A stretch of 64,000 nucleotides of DNA from an uncultured Acidimicrobiales bacterium (GCA_963848335.1 CAWKDD010000002.1:74159-138158); one strand, 5' to 3'; counted from the stretch's first letter, positions 27,385 through 44,979 are shown. Numbers and translations are program-made. The notes: a model not told the origin generated them from the sequence alone.

Positions 27385-28561
27385 GTGCCGAGAATCGACT
27401 TTCCCGAAGGGTTCGTGTGGGGAACCGCCACCGCCGCCCACCAGATCGAGGGGGGCAACACCAACAACGACTGGTGGGCCTTCGAGCATGCCGAGAAGAC
27501 ACCGTGCCTGGAGTCCAGTGGCGACGCCTGCGACTCCTGGCACCTGTGGCGCGAGGACCTGGACCTGGTGGCCTCCCTCGGGCTCGGCGCCTACCGGTTC
27601 TCGGTGGAGTGGAGCCGGATCGAGCCCGAAGAGGGGGAGTGCTCCCGCGCCGCTCTGGAGCACTACCGCCGCATGTGCGCGCGCTGCCACGAGCTGGGCC
27701 TCTCCCCGGTGGTGACGCTCAACCACTTCACCCTCCCCCGCTGGCTCTCGGCGCGCGGCGGCTGGGAGTGGGACGCCGCCCCCGACCGCTTCGCTCGGTT
27801 CTGCGGGCGGGTCGCCGCGCACCTGGGCGACCTCGTCGGCTGGGCGTGCACGCTCAACGAGCCCAACGTCGTGGCCACGATGGGGTACCTCTTCGAGGTG
27901 TTCCCCCCGGCGGTGCGCGACTCGGCGCGGCGCCGGGCGGTGAACGCCGCGCTGTGCCGCGCCCATGTGCTGGGGGTGGGGGCGCTGCGGGAGGGCCCGG
28001 GCGACTTTCCCGTCGGGCTCACCCTGTCCATGCACGACTACCAGGCGCTGCCCGGGGGCGAGGAGCGCCTGGAGCGGATCCGGCGCCCCACCGAGGACGT
28101 GTTCCTCGAGGCCACGGCGGGCGACGACTTCGTGGGCGTGCAGTGCTACACGCGGCATGCGGATCGGGCCCGAGGGGGTGCTCGGGACCGAGGAGGGCGT
28201 GCCCGTGACCCAGATGGGCTACGAGTTCTGGCCCCGGGCCCTCGAGGCCACGGTCCGCCGCGCCTGGGAGTTCACCGGCGGGACCCCGGTGCTGGTGACC
28301 GAGAACGGGATCGGGACCGCCGACGACGACCGACGGATCGCCTACGTCTCCGAGGCCCTGGCCGGCGTCCGGCGCTGCCTCGACGACGGGATCGACGTGC
28401 GTGGCTACTTCTACTGGAGCCTGCTCGACAACTTCGAATGGGTGCTCGGCTACGGGCCGACCTTCGGTCTGGTCGAGGTCGACCACGGCTCCTTCGAGCG
28501 GCGCCCCAAGCCCAGCGCCGGGTGGTTCGGGGGGGTGGCCCGGGCCAACGCGCTGCCCTGA
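27385..28561 (+). pseudogene. GH1 beta-glucosidase, interrupted by one extra base at ~28154-28155 (pseudogene or sequence error)
   Basis: The N-terminal part FVWGTATAAHQIEGG...TLNEP...VQCYTR lies in the frame of 27385. The continuation MRIGPEG...VLVTENGIG...YFYWSLLDNFEW lies in ORF 27965..28561. Both catalytic Glu motifs (NEP, ENG) are present. Confidence 0.8.
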
Positions 28562-28631
28562 GGTCGGTTCCCCGGGGTCGCCGGCGCTCCCGGCTGGGTA
28601 CAACGGCGCAGGTCCGGCTAAATTCGCAGGG

Positions 28632-29153
28632 ATGGCCGCCACCGTGAAGCGCCTGTGGCGCCTGTACCACACCCCCACCGGCAAGAAGATGTTCCGGTAC
28701 GCCACGGTGTCGGTGATCTCCACCGCGGTGTCGTTCACCACCCTGGGCCTGGTCTTCGGGGTGTTCCGTCTGTGGACCGAGGTCCCGAGCACCGTCTTCG
28801 CCAACCTGGTGGCGAGCGTGCCGGCGTACTACCTCAACCGCACCTGGTCCTGGGGTAAGAGCGGCCGGTCGCACGTGTTCAAGGAGGTGGTCCCCTTCTG
28901 GACGATGACCGCCATCGGGATCGCCATCTCGATCGGGACGGCGTCTCTGGCCCATCACCTCAGCAACGTGTACAACCTCCACCACCTCGGGCGCACGATC
29001 GTGGTCGAGGGGGCCAACACCGGCGCCTTCGCCGTGCTGTGGGTCGTCAAGTTCCTGGTCTTCAACAGGCTCTTCCACGTCGACCCCGTCGCGCACGCCG
29101 ACGCCGAGCTGTTCGTGGAGGCGGCGGTGGAGGTGGAGGGGGCCGAGCCCTGA
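28632..29153 (+). CDS. GtrA-family membrane protein (polyprenol-phosphate-sugar translocation family)
   Basis: ATG at 28632 within ORF 28401..29153. About 173 aa with four predicted TM helices and KKMFRYATVSVISTAVSF and YYLNRTWSW segments typical of GtrA-like proteins. Confidence 0.7.
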   Translation: MAATVKRLWRLYHTPTGKKMFRYATVSVISTAVSFTTLGLVFGVFRLWTEVPSTVFANLVASVPAYYLNRTWSWGKSGRSHVFKEVVPFWTMTAIGIAISIGTASLAHHLSNVYNLHHLGRTIVVEGANTGAFAVLWVVKFLVFNRLFHVDPVAHADAELFVEAAVEVEGAEP

Positions 29154-29171
29154 TCGGGTCGGTGAGTGGAC

Positions 29172-29192
29172 GCGGCCCGGTGTGCCGGGCCG
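29172..29192. terminator. GC-rich hairpin between convergent GtrA and YajQ genes (possible bidirectional terminator)
   Basis: gcggcccgg-tgtg-ccgggccg forms a perfect 8 bp stem. A second stem acgggc...gcccgt follows. There is no clear U-tract. Confidence 0.4.
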
Positions 29193-29217
29193 TCACGGGC
29201 GTTTCGGGCTGAGCCCG

Positions 29218-29706
29218 TCAGTCCCTGAAGTTCTGGAACTGCAGGGGGATCCCGAAGTCCTGCTCCTTGAGCGCCTTGATGACCCCTTGCAGGTCGTCGC
29301 GCTTCTTGCCCGTGACCCGGAGCTGCTCGCCCTGGGCCTGGCTGGAGACGCCTTTCAGGTTCATGTCCTTGATGAACTTGTTGAGCCGCTTGGCGTGATC
29401 GGCGGAGATCCCGGCCTTGATGGCGATCCGCTGGCGGACCGTGCCCTTGGTGGCTTCCTCGATCTTGCCGTCCTCCAGTGCCTTGAGCGAGACCTCGCGG
29501 CGCACGATCTTCTCCTGGAGCACCTGGTGCAGGGCGCGCAGGCGGTCCTCGGTGGAGGACCGCAGGACCAGCTCCTTCTCGCCGAGCTCGATGCTCGAGT
29601 CGGTCCCCTTGAAGTCGAAGCGGGTGCCGGCCTCGCGGTTGGCCTGGTCGACGGCGTTGCGGACCTCTTGCATGTCGACCTGCGAGACCACGTCGAACGT
29701 GGGCAT
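29218..29706 (-). CDS. yajQ: YajQ-family nucleotide-binding protein (UPF0234)
   Basis: 162 aa MPTFDVVSQVDMQEVRNAVDQANRE...FDFKGT...LQFQNFRD, collinear with the YajQ family. Confidence 0.9.
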   Translation of the reverse strand: MPTFDVVSQVDMQEVRNAVDQANREAGTRFDFKGTDSSIELGEKELVLRSSTEDRLRALHQVLQEKIVRREVSLKALEDGKIEEATKGTVRQRIAIKAGISADHAKRLNKFIKDMNLKGVSSQAQGEQLRVTGKKRDDLQGVIKALKEQDFGIPLQFQNFRD

Positions 29707-29824
29707 GCCGACACGTTAGTGCCGTGCGCCCCGGGTCCCGGGCGCCGGGAGCGGTGCCAGCGCGGTGCGAGCGCCGGGAGCCAGCCTCGGCCCCTGAGGC
29801 GGTCGCGGTATGGTCTCGCCTCGC

Positions 29825-29906
29825 GGGTCGGTGCCCGAGCGGCCAAAGGGAGCAGACTGTAAATCTGCCGGCACAGCCTACGAAGGTTCGAATCCTTCCC
29901 GGCCCA
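29825..29906 (+). tRNA. tRNA-Tyr (anticodon GTA), long variable arm, CCA not encoded
   Basis: Hand-folded. Acceptor GGGTCGG/CCGGCCC, anticodon stem GCAGA/TCTGC with loop CTGTAAA, T-arm GAAGG-TTCGAAT-CCTTC. Confidence 0.9.
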
Positions 29907-29962
29907 CTCTCGCCCCTCTTCCTCGGTGTGTGCCCCGGGGCCGGCGGCCCCCGGCGGTGCAC

Positions 29963-29990
29963 TTGCCGGGGCGGTGTCTTTCATTACAAT
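29963..29990 (+). promoter_or_regulatory. candidate sigma-A type promoter TTGCCG-16 nt-TACAAT upstream of the GT-C gene
   Basis: Read in a locally AT-richer patch just upstream of ATG 30003. No experimental support. Confidence 0.35.
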
Positions 29991-30101
29991 GCGGTTACGA
30001 ATATGTCCGATGTGTATCCTCCCGGACCGGCGGAAGGGGAGGGCCATCGGGTTCGGGCACCCGGCGCGGGTGCGGACGGGATCGGGGCGAGGGCCGACAC
30101 G

Positions 30102-31802
30102 ATGGGTTTCATGGGAAGGACCGCCGCATCGGTGCGCGGCTTCGATCCTTCGGCCCTCCCGGTCGTGGGGCGGGTCCTCGACCGCTTGACGATCTGGGAC
30201 GAGGCGGTGCGCCGGCGCTGGCCCTTCAGTGCCCTCGTCGGGCCCGACCTCGAGCCCGGTGCCGTCGACGGTGACGGTTCGCGCCTGCTCGTGCGGCCCG
30301 CCATCCTCGGGTTCGTCGCTGTCACCGCCATCACGTTGGGTTCGATCCCCCAGGGCTCGCCCTTCGTGTTGAAGCTCCCCGGCGCCTGGTTCTTCGGCGT
30401 CCCCGCCGTCGGCACCACGCCGTCGAAGCAATTCCTGTTCCTGGGACTGGTGGCCACCTACGGCGGCCTCGTGCTGTTCATGCGCGTGTGGTACGGCTTG
30501 ATCCGGACCCTCTCCCAGGTGAAGGGGGTGCCGGTCCGCAAGCTCGTGATGGTGCTGGCGCTGTGGATCGTCCCGCTGCTGCTGGCGCCGCCGTTGTTCA
30601 GCCGCGACATCTACAGCTACGCGGCCCAGGGCGAGATGATGAGCCACCACATCAGCCCGTACCACTACGGCCCCGGTGTCCTCGGCGCCACCCCGTCGGA
30701 GACGTTGGTCGATCCCCTGTGGAAATACACACCGGTGCCCTACGGGCCGCTGTTCATGGAGACCGACGGGCTTCTCACGAGCGCCTCGATGCACCACGAG
30801 CTCGTCGACCTCGCCCTGTTGCGGCTCCTCGCCGTCCTCGGCGTGGGGCTCATGGCGCTGTCGATCCCGTCCCTGGCCCGCAGCGTGGGGCGAGATCCGT
30901 CCTACGCCTTCACCGTGGCCGTGCTCAACCCGGTCACGATCCTCCATCTGGTGGGAGGCGCCCACAACGACGCCCTCATGCTCGGCCTGCTCATGTGCGG
31001 CCTGGCCGTGGCGCGCCGGGGAAGACCGGTGGCGGGCATCGTGCTGTGCGCGTTGGCCGCGGCGGTGAAGGTCCCGGCCGCCCTGGGCGTCCTCTACATC
31101 GGATGGGACTGGATGGGCACCGGGCTGCCGGTGCGCGCCCGCATCCGGCCCGTGGTGACCGCCGGGCTGATCGCCGCGGCGGTGATGGGCACGCTGTCGA
31201 TCGTCACCGGTCTCGGATGGAGCTGGGTGCTGAACCTCTCGACCCCGGGCACGGTCCGCTCGTGGGTCGCGCCCGCCACGGGGGCGGGGATCCTCCTCAC
31301 CGACCTGGCCCATCTGGTGGGGATCGGGGTGCCGCTGCACACCACGCTGTCGATGACGCGCGGCCTCGGCGTGGTCCTGGCGTGCGTGGCGGGCGTGTGG
31401 CTATTGCTGAAGTCGGACCGGATCGGCGCCCTGCGGGCCATGGGCCTGACCATGCTCATCATCGTGGCCCTCGGGCCCGTGGTGCAGCCGTGGTACCTGT
31501 CGTGGGGCCTCGTGGTCCTGGCCCCGGTGGCCACGGGCAAGGTCCGGACCCTCATCGTGGGCTCGTCGATCCTGGCCGCCTTCATCGGCCTCCCCGCCGG
31601 GCGCGATCTCGTCCACGACCTCTTCACCGCCGACCCGCTCACGGTGGCGGCCGCGCTGCTCGTGTGCCTCGCCATCCTGACGGTGCCCCTGTCACCCTTC
31701 GACCGGGAGAACCTGCTGGCCCGGTGGCGCCGCCGTGGGGACAAGGCCCCGCCATCGGACCCCGGGGAGCCGGCGGCGGCGCTCGATTACGTGGGGGCGT
31801 GA
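30102..31802 (+). CDS. polyprenol-phosphate-mannose-dependent GT-C glycosyltransferase (MptB/MptA-like, GT87-like)
   Basis: Multi-TM protein with the periplasmic-loop motif SRDIYSYAAQG and HNDALM. Starts at ATG 30102, or alternatively ATG 30003. The ORF-track extension to 29724 overlaps tRNA-Tyr and is not coding. Confidence 0.7.
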   Translation: MGFMGRTAASVRGFDPSALPVVGRVLDRLTIWDEAVRRRWPFSALVGPDLEPGAVDGDGSRLLVRPAILGFVAVTAITLGSIPQGSPFVLKLPGAWFFGVPAVGTTPSKQFLFLGLVATYGGLVLFMRVWYGLIRTLSQVKGVPVRKLVMVLALWIVPLLLAPPLFSRDIYSYAAQGEMMSHHISPYHYGPGVLGATPSETLVDPLWKYTPVPYGPLFMETDGLLTSASMHHELVDLALLRLLAVLGVGLMALSIPSLARSVGRDPSYAFTVAVLNPVTILHLVGGAHNDALMLGLLMCGLAVARRGRPVAGIVLCALAAAVKVPAALGVLYIGWDWMGTGLPVRARIRPVVTAGLIAAAVMGTLSIVTGLGWSWVLNLSTPGTVRSWVAPATGAGILLTDLAHLVGIGVPLHTTLSMTRGLGVVLACVAGVWLLLKSDRIGALRAMGLTMLIIVALGPVVQPWYLSWGLVVLAPVATGKVRTLIVGSSILAAFIGLPAGRDLVHDLFTADPLTVAAALLVCLAILTVPLSPFDRENLLARWRRRGDKAPPSDPGEPAAALDYVGA

Positions 31803-31803
31803 G

Positions 31804-32289
31804 TCACAGCATCCGCTGCATGACCGCCACGTCGATCCAGCGCCCGAATTTGCGGCCCACCTCGCGTTCGACGCCCACCAGCGCGAAGCCGCACCCCCGG
31901 TGCAGGGCCGTCGAGGCCTCGTTGTCCCCCGCGATGCGGGCGATCACGGTGTGGAACCCCCGTGCCCCGGCCAGGGCCACGAGCTCCTCGAGCAGGAGCC
32001 GGCCCACCCCCTGTCCCCGCCGCCCGGCGTCGACGTAGAGGGAGTCCTCCACGGTGGTGGAGTAGGCGGCCCGGTCGCGGAAGGGGGACAGGGACCCGAA
32101 CCCGACGACGGTCGGACCGTCGACGGCGACGACGGCAGGGTGCGCCCCCTCGTGGTCGGCGATCCAGGCGCGCTGCTCCTCGGCGGTGCGGGGCTCGAGA
32201 TCGAAGGTGACCGTGGACCCGGTGACCTCGGCGTTGTAGATGGCGCGGATGGCCTCGGCGTCCCCCCGGCGCGCCAGCCTGACCTCCAT
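31804..32289 (-). CDS. GNAT family N-acetyltransferase (phosphinothricin acetyltransferase-like)
   Basis: ATG at 32289 gives MEVRLARRGDAEAIRAIYN.... Acetyl-CoA motif RRGQGVGRLLLEEL. Confidence 0.8.
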   Translation of the reverse strand: MEVRLARRGDAEAIRAIYNAEVTGSTVTFDLEPRTAEEQRAWIADHEGAHPAVVAVDGPTVVGFGSLSPFRDRAAYSTTVEDSLYVDAGRRGQGVGRLLLEELVALAGARGFHTVIARIAGDNEASTALHRGCGFALVGVEREVGRKFGRWIDVAVMQRML

Positions 32290-32407
32290 CGGACGATGGT
32301 ACCGGGGTCGTGTCCGACGCGGCCCGGACGCCGCGGGCCGTGGCGGTGGCAAATCGGAGCGCAAGGGAGTGGCGACTATGCTCGTCCGGCGCGGAGTTGC
32401 CGTGTCC

Positions 32408-32480
32408 GCCCCCTTAGCTCAGTCGGCAGAGCACAGCCATGGTAAGGCTGGTGTCGTCGGTTCGATTCCGACAGGGGGCT
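32408..32480 (+). tRNA. tRNA-Thr (anticodon GGT)
   Basis: Hand-folded. Acceptor GCCCCCT/AGGGGGC, anticodon stem CAGCC/GGCTG with loop ATGGTAA, T-arm GTCGG-TTCGATT-CCGAC. Confidence 0.9.
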
Positions 32481-32487
32481 CGCCCCT

Positions 32488-32564
32488 GGCGGCGTAGCTC
32501 AGTTGGTCAGAGCACACGGCTCATAATCGTGTTGTCGCGGGTTCGAGTCCCGCCGCCGCTACCA
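32488..32564 (+). tRNA. tRNA-Met, elongator type (anticodon CAT), CCA encoded
   Basis: Acceptor GGCGGCG/CGCCGCT, anticodon loop CTCATAA, T-arm GCGGG-TTCGAGT-CCCGC. It lacks the three G-C pairs in the anticodon stem and the 1:72 mismatch of initiator tRNA. Confidence 0.85.
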
Positions 32565-32616
32565 GTCCGAGGGAACCGGTCCCCGCCCCGTGCGGGGGCT
32601 CGACAAGGAGCACATC

Positions 32617-32781
32617 ATGGCCAAGAACGAGAAGAGGGTGCAGGTGACGCTGGCCTGCGAGGTCTGCAAGCGCCGCAACTACATCACCATGAAGAACAAG
32701 CAGAACGACCGGGAGCGGATCGAGCTCACCAAGTTCTGCCGCTGGGACCGCAAGCACACCCTCCACAAAGAGACGCGCTGA
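32617..32781 (+). CDS. rpmG: 50S ribosomal protein L33
   Basis: 54 aa [63 protein letters not shown] upstream. Confidence 0.9.
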   Translation: MAKNEKRVQVTLACEVCKRRNYITMKNKQNDRERIELTKFCRWDRKHTLHKETR

Positions 32782-32914
32782 GAGCCCGCCACCGCCCCGG
32801 TCCCGGGGAGGGCCCCGGGCCCCGGCGCCCGTCGGGAGAGCCGGCGCGGCCGGTGATAACGTTGCTGGCCGGCCCCTTGGCCGCCCGGGCGGTGACCGGC
32901 GTCCTGGCCGCCGA

Positions 32915-32990
32915 AGGGCAGTAGCTCAATTGGTAGAGCACCGGTCTCCAAAACCGGCGGTTGGGGGTTCGAGTCCCTCCTGCCCTGCCA
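32915..32990 (+). tRNA. tRNA-Trp (anticodon CCA), CCA encoded
   Basis: Acceptor AGGGCAG/CTGCCCT, anticodon stem CCGGT/ACCGG with loop CTCCAAA, T-loop TTCGAGT. Confidence 0.9.
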
Positions 32991-33017
32991 ACTGGCCGTC
33001 GAAAGGCGTGCGAAGCC

Positions 33018-33326
33018 GTGAACCGTGAGATGAAGCGCATGATGCAGCGCCAAGGTCAGCTCGAGGCTGACGGCTCTCCCGCGACCCGCCGTCAGGCGCC
33101 CCCTCGATCGCGGCCGGTTCCCCAGCCCGAGACCTCGTTCTTCGGCCGCATCGCCGAGTTCTTCCGCGAAGTGCGGTCCGAGCTCCGGCAGGTGGCCTGG
33201 CCCACCCGCAACGAGGTGGCCAACTCCGCCACCATCGTCTTCCTGACGCTCGTGCTGCTGGTCAGCCTGATCTTCCTGCTCAACTACTGCTTCTCGCACG
33301 CAGTCGCATTCCTGTACAAGTCATGA
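33018..33326 (+). CDS. secE: preprotein translocase subunit SecE
   Basis: C-terminal [20 protein letters not shown] plus a single TM helix ([16 protein letters not shown]). It sits between tRNA-Trp and nusG. The start is GTG 33018 or ATG 33030. Confidence 0.8.
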   Translation: MNREMKRMMQRQGQLEADGSPATRRQAPPRSRPVPQPETSFFGRIAEFFREVRSELRQVAWPTRNEVANSATIVFLTLVLLVSLIFLLNYCFSHAVAFLYKS

Positions 33327-34192
33327 GCGACTCCGAATTCGAGACCGGGGAGGACCTCGGGACCGCCGCGGCCCCGTTGGGCACCCCCGTCGACGCCCCG
33401 CTGCTGTCGGCCGACCCCGGAGAGCCTGAGGCTCCCGGGCCCGGCGCCGACTCCGGCACCGAACCGGTGTCGGGCGCCGTGGACGGCGAGGTCGAGCCCA
33501 GCCCCGAGTCCCCCGCGCTGTCGGGGGACGCCGGGGACAACGGCCACGTCGAGGCGGCCCGGGCCGACGAGGAGCTCGACCAGGAGGCCTACGGGGACGA
33601 GGACGAGGACGACGAGGAGCTCCCGGTCGTGGTGGAGAGCCCCTACGACCGGCCCGGGCGGTGGTTCGTGGTGCACACCTACGCCGGGTACGAGAACAAG
33701 GTGAAGTCGAACCTCGAGAGCAGGATCGTCTCGATGAACATGGAGGACCGGATCTTCGAGGTCGTCATCCCCATGGAGGACGTCGTCGAGTTCAAGAACG
33801 GCAAGAAGGTCGTGGTCCAGAAGAAGGTGTTCCCCGGCTACCTCCTCACCCGCTGCGACCTCGACGACGACTCGTGGTCGGTCATCCGCAACACCCCGGG
33901 GGTCACCGGGTTCGTCGGCCCGGGCACCAAGCCCACCCCACTATCGCGCCGTGAGGTGGAGAGCATCCTCCAGGTGAAGGTGGAAGGGGGCCCCGAGCCG
34001 ATCAAGAAGACGCGGCCCCGTCTGGAGTACGAGGTCGGCGAGACCGTGCGCGTGAAGGAAGGACCCTTCGCGGACTTCTCGGGTCAGATCGACGAGATCA
34101 ACGAGGACCAGCTGAAGCTGAAGGTGCTGGTCAACATCTTCGGCCGGGAGACTCCGGTCGAGCTCGAATTCAGCCAGGTCGCCAAGCTCTAG
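33323..34192 (+). CDS. nusG: transcription termination/antitermination factor NusG with ~105 aa acidic N-terminal extension
   Basis: 289 aa. NGN domain [14 protein letters not shown] and KOW domain [22 protein letters not shown] overlap with the secE stop. Confidence 0.9.
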   Translation: MSDSEFETGEDLGTAAAPLGTPVDAPLLSADPGEPEAPGPGADSGTEPVSGAVDGEVEPSPESPALSGDAGDNGHVEAARADEELDQEAYGDEDEDDEELPVVVESPYDRPGRWFVVHTYAGYENKVKSNLESRIVSMNMEDRIFEVVIPMEDVVEFKNGKKVVVQKKVFPGYLLTRCDLDDDSWSVIRNTPGVTGFVGPGTKPTPLSRREVESILQVKVEGGPEPIKKTRPRLEYEVGETVRVKEGPFADFSGQIDEINEDQLKLKVLVNIFGRETPVELEFSQVAKL

Positions 34193-34215
34193 TCCCTCCA
34201 GGAGGCTTCCCCGTC

Positions 34216-34647
34216 ATGCCCCCCAAGAAGAAGGTCCTCGCCATCGTGAAGATCCAGCTCCCGGCCGGGAGCGCCACCCCCGCGCCCCCGGTGGGCACCG
34301 CCCTGGGACCCCACGGCGTGCAGACCATGGAGTTCTGCAAGCAGTACAACGCCGCCACCGAGAACCAGCGGGGCACGATCGTGCCCGTCGAGATCACCAT
34401 CTACGAGGACCGCTCGTTCTCCTTCGTGCTCAAGACCCCTCCGACGCCGGCCCTCATCCGGGAGGCCGTGGGGATCGAGAAGGGCGCCACCGCCGCCGGG
34501 CGTGAGCGCGCCGGTTCCATCACCGATGCCCAGATCGCCCAGATCGCCACGGTGAAGCTGCCCGACCTCAACACCGACGACATCGAAGCGGCCAAGCGCC
34601 AGGTGGCGGGCACGGCGCGCTCGATGGGGATCGCCGTCGAGGGCTGA
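34216..34647 (+). CDS. rplK: 50S ribosomal protein L11
   Basis: 143 aa [35 protein letters not shown].... GGAGG RBS. Confidence 0.95.
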   Translation: MPPKKKVLAIVKIQLPAGSATPAPPVGTALGPHGVQTMEFCKQYNAATENQRGTIVPVEITIYEDRSFSFVLKTPPTPALIREAVGIEKGATAAGRERAGSITDAQIAQIATVKLPDLNTDDIEAAKRQVAGTARSMGIAVEG

Positions 34648-34684
34648 GGCCCGGCGGCACAGAGAACGACACAAGGAGCCCCAC

Positions 34685-35404
34685 GTGCAAAAAGGCAAGA
34701 AGTACCGGGCCGCGCTCGAGCACTTCGACCGGCAACAGCTGTACTCGCCCGCCGAGGCGGTCCCGCTCGTGAAGGAGCTGGCCCCGGCGAAATTCGACGA
34801 GACCGTGGAGCTCGCCGTCCGGCTGGGCGTGGACCCGCGCAAGGCGGACCAGATCGTGCGGGGCACCCTGAGCCTTCCGGCGGGCACCGGGCGCACCGCC
34901 CGGGTCGTGGTCTTCGCCCAGGGGGACGCCGCAGCCGAGGGCCGGGCGGCGGGGGCCGACGAGGTGGGGGCCGACGACCTGGTGGCGCGCGTCGAGGGCG
35001 GGTTCCTCGACTTCGACGTGGCCATCGCCACCCCGGACATGATGGGCCAGGTCGGCAAGCTGGGCCGGGTGCTCGGGCCCCGCGGGCTCATGCCCAACCC
35101 CAAGACCGGCACCGTCACCACCGACGTGGGCAAGGCCGTGGTCGAGTTCAAGGGCGGCCGCGTCGAGTACCGCACCGACAAGGTCGGGAACGTGCACGTC
35201 CGGGTGGGCAAGGCCTCGTTCACCCCCGAGCAGCTGCTCCAGAACGTGCACGCCGTGATCGAGGAGCTGATGCGGGCCAAGCCGGCGGCGGCCAAGGGAC
35301 GCTACCTGCGGGGGGTCACGTTGTCGTCGACGATGGGACCGGGGGTGCGCATCGACCCGGCCCGGGCCCGCGAGCTCGACGAGGACCTCGCCGCCTCGGC
35401 GTAG
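34685..35404 (+). CDS. rplA: 50S ribosomal protein L1
   Basis: 239 aa, GTG start. Conserved L1 blocks ([35 protein letters not shown]). Confidence 0.95.
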   Translation: MQKGKKYRAALEHFDRQQLYSPAEAVPLVKELAPAKFDETVELAVRLGVDPRKADQIVRGTLSLPAGTGRTARVVVFAQGDAAAEGRAAGADEVGADDLVARVEGGFLDFDVAIATPDMMGQVGKLGRVLGPRGLMPNPKTGTVTTDVGKAVVEFKGGRVEYRTDKVGNVHVRVGKASFTPEQLLQNVHAVIEELMRAKPAAAKGRYLRGVTLSSTMGPGVRIDPARARELDEDLAASA

Positions 35405-35655
35405 AGGGGCATCCTCGGGCCGTAGTAGGTTTTGCCGGCGACCTCTTCCGGGGGGTCCCGGACATTTCAGCCACACAGATCGAGTACTTGCCGTCGCCGT
35501 AGACCTCCGGTCACGCCTTCGGGCGTCGAAGGGGCTCTCGAGCCCGCCTGACCAGGCGACGAACGTGACACTCGGCGGGGTCTGCACCCTGCTCGGTGGA
35601 TGCGGTGACGGCATGGGTGAGCGGTGCCGCACCGTTCCGAGCACGGGAGCCGAAG
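35405..35655 (+). promoter_or_regulatory. long untranslated leader of rplJ-rplL, candidate L10(L12)4-binding autoregulatory leader
   Basis: 251 nt non-coding gap with several GC stems immediately upstream of rplJ. The position matches known L10 leaders. I could not fold or score it against a covariance model. Confidence 0.35.
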
Positions 35656-36375
35656 ATGGAAACACCCAGGCCGCAGAAGGTGGCCGTCGTCACGGAGGTG
35701 CGTGAGCGCCTCGATGCCGCCGAGGCCGCCATCCTCACCGAGTACCGGGGGCTGACCGTCGCCGAGCTGGCCGACTTGCGACGAGTCCTGCGCAGTGCCG
35801 GCAGCGACTACAAGGTGTACAAGAACACCCTGGTCAAGTTGGCCATATCCGGTGGGAGGCACGACGTCCTGGCTCCGCTTCTCGAGGGGCCGACGGCAAT
35901 CGCCTTCGTGTCGGGCGAGGTGAGCGCGGCCGCCAAGGCGCTGCGGGACTACGCCCGGACCTCTCCGAACCTCGTAATCAAGGGAGGGCTGCACGGGGAG
36001 GGATTCCTGTCGGCCCAGGATCTCAGCGCCCTCGCCGAACTGCCGCCCCGCGACGTCCTGCTGGCTCAGGTGGCCGGGGCCATCGCCGCTCCGCTGCGAC
36101 AGTTCGCCGGTCTCCTGCAGGCACTTCCCCGCAACCTCGCCTACGGGTTGTCCGCCCTCCTCGACCAGCAGGGGGGAGCGCCGGTACAGGCCGAGGCCCC
36201 CACAGAGGCGGAGACCTCCGTGGCAGAAGCCCCCGCTGAAGCTGAAGCTGAAGCTCCGCCCGCCGGGGCCCCGTCCGAAGCTGCCACCGGGACCCAGTCG
36301 GCCGAGGTCGCCGACGAAGCGGCCGCCGAGGTCGCCGACGAAGCTGCCGCCGAGCCCGGCCCCGCCGAAGGCTGA
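35656..36375 (+). CDS. rplJ: 50S ribosomal protein L10 with Ala/Glu-rich C-terminal extension
   Basis: ATG 35656 (RBS gggag) gives METPRPQKVAVVTEVRERL.... The tail contains (GCTGAA)3 and a 24-nt unit repeated twice. Confidence 0.9.
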   Translation: METPRPQKVAVVTEVRERLDAAEAAILTEYRGLTVAELADLRRVLRSAGSDYKVYKNTLVKLAISGGRHDVLAPLLEGPTAIAFVSGEVSAAAKALRDYARTSPNLVIKGGLHGEGFLSAQDLSALAELPPRDVLLAQVAGAIAAPLRQFAGLLQALPRNLAYGLSALLDQQGGAPVQAEAPTEAETSVAEAPAEAEAEAPPAGAPSEAATGTQSAEVADEAAAEVADEAAAEPGPAEG

Positions 36376-36449
36376 GCGGCACCCACCCCGAGATCCCGGA
36401 ACCGTCGAGTACGTCCACCATCGAGTAAATCCAAAGGAGCAGAGCCACC

Positions 36450-36842
36450 ATGGCCACCAAGATCAGCAAAGACGACATCCTCGAGGGGATCGCCAACCTG
36501 AGCGTCCTCGAGCTCTCCGAGCTACTGAAGGAGTTCGAGGAGAAGTTCGGCGTCACCGCCGCGGCACCCATGGCGGTGGCTGCCGCCCCGGCGGCCGGAG
36601 GCGGCGAGGCCTCCGGCGGCGAAGACGAGAAGACCGAGTTCGACGTGGTCCTCACCGCCGCGGGGGACAAGAAGATCCAGGTCATCAAGGAAGTCCGGTC
36701 CCTGACGAGCCTGGGCCTGAAAGAGGCCAAGGACCTGGTCGACTCGGCTCCCAAGCCGGTGCTCGAGAGGGTGTCCAAGGAGGACGCCGACAAGGCCAAG
36801 GCCCAGCTCGAGGAGGCCGGGGCATCCGTCGAGGTCAAGTAG
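36450..36842 (+). CDS. rplL: 50S ribosomal protein L7/L12
   Basis: 130 aa. N-terminal dimerisation helix, Ala/Gly hinge, and C-terminal [24 protein letters not shown]. Confidence 0.95.
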   Translation: MATKISKDDILEGIANLSVLELSELLKEFEEKFGVTAAAPMAVAAAPAAGGGEASGGEDEKTEFDVVLTAAGDKKIQVIKEVRSLTSLGLKEAKDLVDSAPKPVLERVSKEDADKAKAQLEEAGASVEVK

Positions 36843-36869
36843 CCGGGCCCCGGACGGGCACCGGAGTGC

Positions 36870-36898
36870 TTGACGGCACCCCGGTGCGTCCGTAGCCT
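36870..36898 (+). promoter_or_regulatory. candidate promoter TTGACG-17 nt-TAGCCT upstream of rpoB
   Basis: Motifs read directly in the rplL-rpoB intergenic region. Not validated. Confidence 0.35.
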
Positions 36899-36920
36899 GT
36901 CGGTTGGCAGGTCGAAGGGG

Positions 36921-36949
36921 TTGCCATTTGCAACGCGCGCGCGTATGCT
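36921..36949 (+). promoter_or_regulatory. candidate promoter TTGCCA-17 nt-TATGCT upstream of rpoB
   Basis: Second sigma-A-like hexamer pair 50 nt downstream of the first. Not validated. Confidence 0.4.
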
Positions 36950-37173
36950 GTGCGGTTGCCGTGCCCCTTTCTTCGCGCCACCCTTGCCGAATCCGGCTGG
37001 CTGACGCGCGCCGCTGTGCCCGCGGCGCAGGCCAAATCGACCTCGTCCCCGCGTCCGTCCCCCCTGACCCGAGTAGCACCCTCTAGCCGTCCCGGCCCGC
37101 CCGGGGCATGCCCCGTCCGCCCCCGATCCGCCTTTCGTCCACTGCCCGCCACCCACCTGGGAGGAGTCGACCG

Positions 37174-44838
<7,665 letters not shown>

Positions 44839-44979
44839 CCCGGCGCGGCGGCGGCCCGGCGCGATTGCCCTGAAGACGCCCTAAGCTCTACCATTGCCTG
44901 CTCGCGTGGGCGTGGTGTCCGCTGGACTCCACGCCGGCAGTTCCCGCGAGCAAGTCCCGAAATCCCCCAGAGGTCACGC

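Noticed and set aside
29724-30101. N-terminal extension of the GT-C ORF back to 29724
   Set aside because: It overlaps tRNA-Tyr (29825..29906) and a promoter-like AT-richer patch. The translated extension has no membrane-protein character.
32488-32564. Initiator tRNA-fMet assignment for the CAT-anticodon tRNA
   Set aside because: Position 1:72 forms a G-U pair rather than a mismatch, and the anticodon stem lacks the three consecutive G-C pairs. An elongator assignment is preferred.
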